Assembly: GCA_051530055.1 (NCBI GenBank)
Contig: CM121341.1
Span: 7,666,784 to 7,730,783, forward strand
DNA length: 64,000 nucleotides
Reading direction: 5' to 3'
Origin: Neoechinorhynchus agilis
Lineage: Eukaryota; Animalia; Acanthocephala
The notes below the pieces were generated by a model that ran no database searches, was not told where the DNA came from, and was given only the letters and a program-made list of their open reading frames with translations. The position numbers were made by a program, and so were the translations under genes. Position 1 is the first letter of the stretch. Each line of letters begins with the position of its first letter. Positions 1 through 10,952 of this stretch are shown here, piece after piece.

Positions 1-93
1 ATTCCTTCTTTAATCTGCTCGAGACTTAAATGAACCGGATAAATAAAATCTCGATTGACAAGTCCAGCGCTCGGTTTCATTTCTGAATCCACG
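1..93 (-). CDS. DIS3: DIS3 exon 2 (partial)
   Basis: Minus strand reads RGFRNETERWTVNRDFIYPVHLSLEQIKRRN, resembling the DIS3 segment IFSEHLPLSKLQQGIK that follows the PIN domain. Confidence 0.7.
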
Positions 94-1522
94 ATACCAG
101 TGATGCCCAGACTCGCAGGCCAAAACGTATGACAAAAATTTTGAGTATGAATTAAGTTAAATTAGTTCATTTTATAAGAATTGAAAAGACAATAATTGGC
201 CTGCTCATAATCCGAGATATTTATGAGATGTCGGCAGTTGTTCTTTGGGCTAATGAGTTTCGGAATGTTTGGCTCTAAAGTTGTCAAATTGATAATGTGA
301 CCGGTCATTTTCAGTAATTCATTTCGCAAAATTTGAAAGCTTAAAACTCTAATAAAGATTTTTCAACAACAAAATTTGTTCGTCACATTTAAGTGCGAAT
401 AAAACACTTTAACAATTGCCCAGTTGAAGCCGGAAAACGGCGAAAGCTAGGAAAAAACTCTAGGTCGTATTTATCAAATTAAAATTAAGACATGCGAATG
501 GAAAATCGAGCAGCGATTCACGCTATTTTGTGAATAAAGGAATAAAAGTGCGGACCACATGCAATACCTTCCCGTGGGCCGGAAGGTCCTCATGGTTTTG
601 TGGGGGCTGTTAGGAACTTTACGATACAGAAATTAAAACTTTGCAAGGAAACTGAACCTTTTTTAAATGGATTTTCTTCAAAAATACCTTTATCCAGAGG
701 ACGATACTAAACTTGTTATTTTGTGTATAGATTTCGAATTTACAGTCCTCGTCATTTTTTAGTTATTATAAAAATTTGAGCTAGAAATAGAAATTAATGC
801 TTTGCAAGGAAACTGAACCTTTATTAAATGGATTTTCTTCAAAAATACCTTTATCCAGAGGACGATACTAAACTTGTTATTTTGTGTATAGATTTCGAAT
901 TTACAGTCCTCGTCATTTTTTAGTTATTAAAAAATTTGCGCTTGAGAAATAGAAATTAATGCTTTGCAAGGAAACTGAACCTTTTTTGGATGGATTTTCT
1001 TCAAAAATACCTTTATCCAGAGGACGATACTAAACTTGTTATTTTGTGTATAGATTTCGAATTTACAGTCCTCGTCATTTTTTAGTTATTAAAAAATTTG
1101 CGCTTGAGAAATAGAAATTAATACTTTGCAAAGAAACTGAACCTTTTTTGGATGGATTTTCTTCTAAAAATACCTTAATCCAGAGGACGATACTAAACTT
1201 ATTATTTTGTGTATAGATTTCGAATTTACAGTCCTCGTCATTTTTTAGTTATTAAAAAATTTGCGCTTGAGAAATAGAAATTACAGCTTTGCAAGGAAAC
1301 TGAACCTTTTTTGGATGGATTTTCTTCTAAAAATACCTTTATCCAGAGGACGATACTAAACTTGTTATTTTGTGTATAGATTTCGAGTGATTTTTTAGTT
1401 ATTAAAAAAATTTGCGCTAGAAAATTTGAGACTTTCCGGGGAAGCTGAACCTTTTTTGGATGGATGTTTTAAAATCAAATCCAAATGACGTCCCTTTTTC
1501 CTGTTGGGCACCACTGGACTAT
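94..1522 (-). other. Non-canonical hairpin-ended intron (AT...AT, 1429 nt) of DIS3
   Basis: Ends ATAGTCCAGTGGTGCCCA ... TGGGCATCACTGGTAT are inverted repeats; removal joins EDCLR|RGFRN at codon boundaries. Confidence 0.7.
641..1460. repeat. Tandem array, ~162-bp unit, ~5 copies, inside the DIS3 intron
   Basis: TTGCAAGGAAACTGAACC recurs at 641, 802, 964, 1126 (variant) and 1289. Confidence 0.95.
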
Positions 1523-2182
1523 TCTAAGACAATCTTCGAGTTCGGCAATGCCGAATCCTTTAACGTACTCTTCCATTGTGAATGTGGGATATCCTTTGGA
1601 TCTGGACGATTCCCGTCTTTTTTCATTGTCGCTTATTACAAGAACGTTAACGTGAACACCGTACTCGTTTTGAAGAAGATGGAGCTTATAAAACTTGACA
1701 ACGGCTAATAAAGCTCTAAAATTTCGGTCTTCGGCACTTTCGCCCATCATTTTCCTTACAAACGTATGACGGCTGTATTCGTTGAGAAAAAGAAAAAATC
1801 GTTTCCGATTGTTGTTGAGGAGAACTCGGAACTTCCGATAGACACTCAGTGATTTTTGTCGGACTTCTTCGAGGACACTAATCGGTACAATCATATCGAC
1901 AATGGCATCGTTTGCGAATATATCCGATTGAGCAACGATTGTATCTGCGTCGCAGATAAGGTAATGGGCGTCCGGGAATGCTTCGTTTGGAGGTTGAACA
2001 ATGAAGTCCGGATACGGAGGACGGCGGTCACGAGTACACAAACTAAGAACTTCTTCGGTACGGCAACTCGAACACAGCCGTGATCCACATTTTATGTCGT
2101 CACGAAGGTAATGCTCACGAACTGTTTTCCTTAAATGACCACGAGACGTCAAACTCAATGTAATCTGCTTAGTGGACGTCAT
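1523..2182 (-). CDS. DIS3: DIS3/RRP44 exosome nuclease, exon 1 (CR3 and PIN domain); the gene runs off the window start
   Basis: ORF 1475..2338 contains KTVREHYLRDDIKCG (DIS3 N-terminal signature), ICDADT and SVLEEVR. Likely ATG at 2182 (MTSTKQ...). The ORF track's extra N-terminus is satellite sequence. Confidence 0.9.
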
Positions 2183-2239
2183 ATCGAAAATCGATTTCTT
2201 TTTGCTCGCCAAAAAAATCAACAACGAATTCACGCGTTT

Positions 2240-5200
2240 TGTCCGAAAGAATACACGAATGACGTCACAAATCCAAACGTGTAAAAAAACACGAAAACAA
2301 GTTGCGTTTATTGTTGTTTTTGTGGCTTTGACCATCAAAACAATAATTGTCGAAAAGAATTGTTTGGCCTACGAAAATTAAGTCTTTAATCTGTTTTTAT
2401 AGTTATTTTTTGTGTGAGTCAATTTTTCACGGTAAATAAGAGAATTTTAAGTCTTTGTTTTTTGTCCGAAAGGAAAAATAAGGTGCAATGACGTCACAAA
2501 TCCAAACGTGTAAAAAAACAGGTAAACAAGTTACGTTTATTGTTGTTTTTGTGGCTTTGATCATCAAAACAATAATTGTCGAAAAGAATTGTATGGCCTT
2601 CGAAAATTAAGAGTTTTTAGGCTGTTTTTATAGTTATTTTTTGTATGTGTTTATTTTTAACGATAAATAAGAGAATTTTAAGCGTTTGTTTCTTGCCCGA
2701 AAGCAAAAATAAGGTGCAATGGCGTCACAAATCAATACCTGTAAAAAAACAGGTAAACAAGTTACGTTTATTGTTGTTTTTGTGGCTTTGATCATCAAAA
2801 CAATAATTGTCGAAAAGAATTGTATGGCCTTCGAAAATTAAGAGTTTTTAGGCTGTTTTTATAGTTATTTTTTGTATGTGTTATTTTTACGATAAATAAG
2901 AGAATTTTAAGCGTTTGTTTCTTGCCCGAAAGAAAAATAAGGTGCAATGGCGTCACAAATCAATACCTGTAAAAAAACACGAAAACAAGTTGCGTTTATT
3001 GTTGTTTTTGTGGCTTTGACCATCAAAACAATAATTGTCGAAAAGAATTGTTTGGCCTACGAAAATTAAGAGTCTTTAATCTGTTTTCATAGTTATTTTT
3101 TGTGTGAGTCAATTTTTCACGGTAAATAAGAGAATTTTAAGTCTTTGTTTTTTGTCCGAAAGGAAAAATAAGGTGCAATGACGTCACAAATCCAAACGTG
3201 TAAAAAAACAGGTAAACAAGTTACGTTTATTGTTGTTTTTGTGGCTTTGATCATCAAAACAATAATTGTCGAAAAGAATTGTATGGCCTTCGAAAATTAA
3301 GAGTTTTTAGGCTGTTTTTATAGTTATTTTTGTATGTGTCTATTTTTAACGATAAATAAGAGAATTTTAAGCGTTTGTTTCTTGCCCGAAAGCAAAAATA
3401 AGGTGCAATGGCGTCACAAATCAATACCTGTAAAAAACAGGTAAACAAGTTACGTTTATTGTTGTTTTTGTGGCTTTGATCATCAAAACAATCATTGTCG
3501 AAAAGAATTGTATGGCCTTCGAAAATTAAGAGTTTTTAGGCTGTTTTTATAGTTATTTTTTGTGTGAGTCAATTTTTCACGATAAATAAGAGAATTTTAA
3601 GTGTTTGTTTTTTGTCCGAAAGGAAAAATAAGGTGCAATGACGTCACAAATCAATACCTGTAAAAAAACAGGTAAACAAGTTACGTTTATTGTTGTTTTT
3701 GTGGCTTTGACCATCAAAACAATCATTGTCGAAAGGAATTGTATGGCCGTCATAAATTAAGAGTTTTTAGGCTGTTTTTATAGTTATTTTTTGTATGTGT
3801 CAATTTTTTACGATAAAGAAGAGAATTTCAAGTGTTTGTTTTTTGTCCGAAAGGAAAAATAAGGTGCAATGGCGTCACAAATCAATACCTGTAAAAAACA
3901 GGTAAACAAGTTACGTTTATTGTTGTTTTTGTGGCTTTGATCATCAAAACAATAATTGTCGAAAAGAATTGTATGGCCTTCGAAAATTAAGAGTTGTTAG
4001 GCTGTTTTTATAGTTATTTTTGGTATGTGTCAATTTTTCACGATAAATAAGAGAATTTTAAGTGTTTGTTTTTTGTCCGAAAGGAAAAATAAGGTGCAAT
4101 GACGTCACAAATCAATACCATTAAAAAAACAGGTAAACAAGTTACGTTTATTGTTGTTTTTGTGGCTTTGATCATCAAAACAATCATTGTCGAAAAGAAT
4201 TGTATGGCCTTCGAAAATTAAGAGTTTTTAGGCTGTTTTTATAGTTATTTTTTGTATGTGTCAATTCACGATAAATAAGAGAATTTCAAGTGTTTGTTTT
4301 TTGTCCGAAAGGAAAAATAAGGTGCAATGACGTCACAAATCAATACCTGTAAAAAACAGGTAAACAAGTTACGTTTATTGTTGTTTTTGTGGCTTTGATC
4401 ATCAAAACAATAATTGTCGAAAAGAATTGTATGGCCTTCGAAAATTAAGAGTTTTTAGGCTGTTTTTATAGTTATTTTTTGTATGTGTCAATTTTTCACG
4501 ATAAATAAGAGAATTTTAAGTGTTTGTTTTTTGTCCGAAAGGAAAAATAAGGTGCAATGACGTCACAAATCAATACCTGTAAAAAACAGGTAAACAAGTT
4601 ACGTTTATTGTTGTTTTTGTGGCTTTGATCATCAAAACAATCATTGTCGAAAAGAATTGTATGGCCTTCGAAAATTAAGAGTTTTTAGGCTGTTTTTTGT
4701 GTGTCAATTTTTCACGATAAATAAGAGAATTTCAAGTGTTTGTTTTTTGTCCGAAAGAAAAAATAAGTACAATGACGTCACAAATCAATACCTGTAAAAA
4801 ACAGGTAAACAAGTTACGTTTATTGTTGTTTTTGTGGCTTTGATCATCAAAACAATCATTGTCTAAAAGAATTGTATGGCCTTCGAAAATTAAGAGTTTT
4901 TAGGCTGTTTTTATAGTTATTTTTTTGTGTGTCAATTTTTCACGATAAATAAGAGAATTTTAAGTGTTTGTTTTTTGTCCGAAAGAGAAAATAAGGTGCA
5001 ATGACGTCACAAATCAATACCTGTAAAAAACAGGTAAACAAGTTACGTTTATTGTTGTTTTTGTGGCTTTGATCATCAAAACAATCATTGTCGAAAAGAA
5101 TTGTATGGCCTTCGAAAATTAAGAGTTTTTAGGCTGTTTTTTGTGTGTCAATTTTTCACGATAAATTAGAGAATTTCAAGTGTTTGTTTTTTGTGCGAAA

Positions 5201-7090
5201 GAGAAAATAAGGTACAATGACGTCACAAATCAATACCTGTAAAAAACAGGTAAACAAGTTACGTTTATTGTTGTTTTTGTGGCTTTGATCATCAAAACAA
5301 TCATTGTCTAAAAGAATTGTATGGCCTTCGAAAATTAAGAGTTTTTAGGCTGTTTTTTGTGTGTCAATTTTTCACGATAAATAAGAGAATTTCAAGTGTT
5401 TGTTTTTTGTCCGAAAGAGAAAATAAGGTACAATGACGTCACAAATCAATACCTGTAAAAAACAGGTAAACAAGTTACGTTTATTGTTGTTTTTGTGGCT
5501 TTGATCATCAAAACAATCATTGTCGAAAAGAATTGTATGGCCTTCGAAAATTAAGAGTTTTTAGGCTGTTTTTATAGTTATTTTTTGTATGTGTCAATTT
5601 TTCACGATAAATAAGAGAATTTTAAGCGTTTGTTTTTTGTCCGAAAGCAAAAATAAGGTGCAATGGCGTCACAAATCAATACCTGTAAAAAACAGGTAAA
5701 CAAGTTACGTTTATTGTTGTTTTTGTGGCTTTGACCATCAAAACAATCATTGTCTAAAAGAATTGTATGGCCTTCGAAAATTAAGAGTTTTTAGGCTGTT
5801 TTTATAGTTATTTTTGGTATGTGCACATTTTTCACGATAAAGAAGGTAATTTCAAGCGTTTGTTTTTTGTCCGAAAGGAAAAATAAGGTGCAATGACGTC
5901 ACAAATCAATACCTGTAAAAAAACAGGTAAACAAGTTACGTTTATTGTTGTTTTTGTGGCTTTGACCATCAAAACAATCATTGTCGAAAAGAATTGTATG
6001 GCCTTCGAAAATTAAGTTTTTAGGCTGTTTTTATAGTTATTTTTTGGTATGTGTCAATTTTTCACGATAAATAAGAGAATTTTAAGTGTTTGTTTTTTGT
6101 CCGAAAGGAAAAATAAGGTGCAATGACGTCACAAATCAATACCTGTAAAAAACAGGTAAACAAGTTACGTTTATTGTTGTTTTTGTGGCTTTGACCATCA
6201 AAACAATCATTGTCGAAAAGAATTGTATGCCTTCGAAAATTAAGAGTTTTTAGGCTTTTTTTGTTTTTTGTGTGTATTTTTACGATAAACCTTCGAAAAT
6301 TTTTTAGTTTTTTGTTATTTTTGTGCAATTTTTCACGATAAATAAGAGAATTTTAAGCGTTTGTTTCTTGCCGAAAGCAAAATAAGGTGCAATGCGTCAC
6401 AAATCAATACCTGTAAAAAACAGTAAACAAGTTACGTTTATTGTTGTTTTTGTGGCTTTGACCATCAAAACAATCATTGTCTAAAAGAATTGTATGGCCT
6501 TCGAAAATTAAGAGTTTTTAGGCTGTTTTTATAGTTATTTTTGGTATGTGCACATTTTTCACGATAAAGAAGGTAATTTCAAGCGTTTGTTTTTTGTCCG
6601 AAAGGAAAAATAAGGTGCAATGACGTCACAAATCAATACCTGTAAAAAAACAGGTAAACAAGTTACGTTTATTGTTGTTTTTGTGGCTTTGACCATCAAA
6701 ACAATCATTGTCGAAAAGAATTGTATTGCCTTCGAAAATTTAGTTTTTAGGCTGTTTTTATAGTTATTTTTTGGTATGCGTCAATTTTTCGCGATAAATA
6801 AGAGAATTTTAAGTGTTTGTTTTTTGTCCGAAAGGAAAAATAAGGTGCAATGACGTCACAAATCAATACCTGTAAAAAAACAGGTAAACAAGTTACGTTT
6901 ATTGTTGTTTTTGTGGCCTTGACCATCAAAACAATCATTGTCGAAAAGAATTGTATTGCCTTCGAAAATTAAGAGTTTTTAGGCTATTTTTATAGTTTTT
7001 TTGTGTGTCAATTTTTCACGATAAAGAGGAGAATTTTAAATGTTTGTTTTTTGTCCGAAAGAAAACGAATGACGTCACAAATCCATGCGT
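2240..7090. repeat. Tandem array, ~230-bp unit, ~21 copies, immediately upstream of the DIS3 ATG; most units carry TGACGTCA
   Basis: G(A/G)CGTCACAAATC recurs at 2261, 2490, 2721, 2949, 3180 and onward to ~7070. Confidence 0.97.
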
Positions 7091-8281
7091 GTAAAAAATG
7101 CACTTTTTAAAGCGTAACGTGGGAATCAACAAAAAATGTTATCTTCTAAACAAAGTTGGCCTTGGTCGTTTTTGTAGCTTTGACCATCAAAACAATCGTT
7201 GCGATGAATGGTGAATTGTTTATCTTTTCAAGTTTATGGCCCTCACAAATTAAATTTTTGTTTAATCCGATTGCTTTTTGGGTAAAATACAATTGTAGAC
7301 GTCGAGATTGTTTGAACGTTTTTTCAACTCGCGTTAGGATAATGAGATTCGTCATTATTTTGCCGTGTAGATTTAAAGATTGAACTATTCATGCTTCTTT
7401 GTGGCGGAAATATCGGATTAAATAAATTCATTTCCGCCATAAACAAGCATCAAAACAATTCACAGTCGCCTTTATTGAAAAATTATTGTTCAACTTCTTG
7501 TCAAAATGTTTATTTTTTTGTTGAAAAGATAATTCATTGTTATTTGTTGATAGGAGAGATAAATGAAATTTAGATTTTATTGGATATTTCGATCCACTAT
7601 CTCGGATCTTCTTTAGCGATTGTTTCGCAAGTTTGTCGTTTATTTTTTATTGACCATTCGGATATTTAGTTTTATTTTTTGCTGTCGCTTATGAACAAGC
7701 GAGAGATCGAGATCGCATTAGAGACGAATCTATTAAAGTCGACTGATTTAATCCATTTGTTTTATTAATTCAAATCTAAAAAACACCCGACGGTGTTCGT
7801 CCAATCGCTTAGTACCCGAATACGGGTTTTTCCCGCATCTCCCGTTCTTAGAAGTTTAAAAAGTACCTGTCAGCGTCTCCAATTTAAAGATCGTGAATGT
7901 CTTTCATTCGCGATTTAATAAATCAATATTTTTAGACGGGATTATAGATTCGTAGACAACGTTTATGTAGAGAAAATTCTATCTACTTGTTAAAGAATTT
8001 GAAATAGCCAATACGACGAATAGTTGGCCTAAATTAAGCCAGGAATCCGCAAGTTTTTTTAGATTTTTATTGATAAAATGCTAGAATCTGTTAACTTTAA
8101 CGCGATCTCGCTCCTTCGTTCGTTCATAAGCGACTGCAAAATAACAACATTTTTGTCTTCTGCAAACAAATTACTAGACTTTGGAGTATCATTCTAGAGC
8201 AACATCTCTCTCTGGTTTGTTTTCTTTAAACCAATTTTTGCATTCGCGCATCTAAAACTTGTGAAGTTTAAAAGAATTATT

Positions 8282-8441
8282 GTTTATTTTCTCTGCACGG
8301 CGAGTTTTTAGATTTACATGCAAGTTTTCGAGGCCTCAACCTTCTTAACAATGCTTGATAAGGAGGTTGAGGCCTCGAAAATTTTCATGTTTACAAATAA
8401 ATCTCGAGGAAGGAAAAACTCGCCGTATAGATAAAATAAAC
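8282..8441. mobile_element. Palindromic MITE-like element; a partial relative lies at ~23355-23432
   Basis: GTTTATTTTCTCTGCACGGCGAGTTTTT ... AAAAACTCGCCGTATAGATAAAATAAAC; inner TTTTCGAGGCCTCAACCT / AGGTTGAGGCCTCGAAAA. Confidence 0.75.
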
Positions 8442-8749
8442 TGAACCCCTCGAAGGAAAAATTCGATCGAATTATTGTTTACTGGAACAACAATGATGCC
8501 TACGTCGTTATGGAAACCGCTGCTTGTAGTCTTTCCGATTATTTATGGTTTATCGAAAACATTATTGACCAATCAATTTCGTGTAACATAGCGACTTATA
8601 CCCAAATTTCTAGGAAGACGGCGTCTTTTTTGTCTTTTCTTCGCACATTACACAAAACTAAGATAAAATTCGAACTCTAAACCATAAATACTGACCCACT
8701 AGTTTATTTGTTTACTCGTGCTTTATAATTTTACCCTCGAAAAAGTTTG

Positions 8750-10800
8750 TCAATTTATTTCTCATTTTACTTTTGTATTTCTTATTTTATTTTCACGTGC
8801 TTTGGATTTTTGAAGGAGTTTGTCAATTTACTTCTTATTTTACTTTCACCTCCACACGATGAAAATACAATTTGTATTTCTTATTCTACTTTCCCTTTCT
8901 TCGGATTTTTGAAGAAGGAGTTTGTCAGTTTATTTCTTATTTTATTTTCATATCTAAGGATGAAAATACAATTTGTATTTCTTATTTTACTTTCCCGTGC
9001 TTTTAATTTTGGATGAAGCAGTTTGTCAGCTTAGATTTTTTAGGAACAATTTTTCAGCTTATTTTTTGTGTCAATTTCACATCCTCAGGATGAAAATCCA
9101 ATTTATTTCTTATTTTACTTTCCCGTTCTTTGGAGTTGTTAGGAACAATTTGTCAGCTTATTTCTTATTTTACTTTCCCGTACTTTGGAGTTTTTAGGAA
9201 CAATTTGTCAGCTTATTTCTTATTTTACTTTCCCGTACTTTGGAGTTTTTAGGAACAATTTGTCAGCTTATTTCTTATTTTACTTTCCCGTACTTTTTAT
9301 TTTTGAAGAAAGAGTTTGTCAGCTTATTTCTTGTGTCAATTTCACCTCCTCAGGATGAAAATATAATTTATTTCTTATTTTACTTTCCCCTACTGGAGTT
9401 TTTAGGAACAATTTGTCAGCTTATTTCTTATTTTACTTTCCCGTACTTTAGAGTTTAAGGAACAATTTGTCAGCTTATTTCTTATTTTACTTTCCCGTAC
9501 TTTGGAGTTTTTAGGAACAATTTGTCAGCTTATTTCTTATTTTACTTTCCCGTACTTTTTATTTTTGAAGAAAGAGTTTGTCAGCTTATTTCTTGTGTCA
9601 ATTTCACCTCCTCAGGATGAAAATATAATTTATTTCTTATTTTACTTTCCCTACTGGAGTTTTTAGGAACAATTTGTCAGCTTATTTCTTATTTTACTTT
9701 CCCGTACTTTGGAGTTTTTAGGAACAATTTGTCAGCTTATTTCTTATTTTACTTTCCCGTACTTTGAGTTTTTAGGAACAATTTGTCAGCTTATTTCTTA
9801 TTTTACTTTCCCGTACTTTTTATTTTTGAAGAAAGAGTTTGTCAGCTTATTTCTTGTGTCAATTTCACCTCCTCAGGATGAAAATATAATTTATTTCTTA
9901 TTTTACTTTCCCGTACTTGGAGTTTTTAGGAACAATTTGTCAGCTTATTTCTTATTTTACTTTCCCGTACTTTTTATTTTTGAAGAAAGAGTTTGTCAGC
10001 TTATTTCTTGTGTCAATTTCACCTCCTCAGGATGAAAATATAATTTATTTCTTATTTTACTTTCCCGTACTTTGGAGTTTTTAGGAACAATTTGTCAGCT
10101 TATTTCTTATTTTACTTTCCCGTACTTTATTTTAGAAATTTGTCAGCTTATTTCTTATTTACTTTCCCGTACTTTGGAGTTTTTAGGAACAATTTGTCAG
10201 CTTATTTCTTATTTTACTTTCCGTACTTTTTATTTTTGAGAAAGAGTTTGTCAGCTTATTTCTTGTGTCAATTTCACCTCCTCAGATGAAAATATAATTT
10301 ATTTCTTATTTACTTTCCCGTACTTTGGAGTTTTTAGGAACAATTTGTCAGCTTATTTCTTATTTTACTTTCCGTACTTTTTATTTTTGAGAAAGAGTTT
10401 GTCAGCTTATTTCTTGTGTATTTCCTCTAGGATGAAAATATAATTTATTTCTTATTTTACTTTCCCTACTGGAGTTTTTAGGAACAATTTGTCAGCTTAT
10501 TTCTTATTTTACTTTCCCGTACTTTGGAGTTTTTAGGAACAATTTGTCAGCTTATTTCTTATTTTACTTTCCCGTACTTTGGAGTTTTTAGGAACAATTT
10601 GTCAGCTTATTTCTTATTTTACTTTTCCGTACTTTTTATTTTTGACGAAAGAGTTTGTCAGCTTATTTCTTATTTTACTTTCCCGTACTTTAGAGTTTTT
10701 AGGAACAATTTGTCCGCTTATTTCTTATTTTACTTTCCCGTACTTTTTATTTTTGACGAAAGAGTTTGTCAGCTTATTTCTTGTGTCACTTTCACTTGAG
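8750..10800. repeat. Composite higher-order array built from a ~55-bp monomer and a longer variant monomer
   Basis: GGAGTTTTTAGGAACAATTTGTCAGCTTATTTCTTATTTTACTTTCCCGTAC is interleaved with a GAAGAAAGAG...CTCAGGATGAAAAT unit. Confidence 0.95.
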
Positions 10801-10952
10801 TGTTAAAAGTTGCTAGCTATCCATTATAAAAGTTAGAAAAAAGGTTCAGACGTGATGAAAAGAAATCTACACGGTGGACTGGGACTCAAAGTTGTTTTTT
10901 GAACATTGTGATAGTTAATAAACGTTCTTCTATCATTTTTGTAGATACTTTA

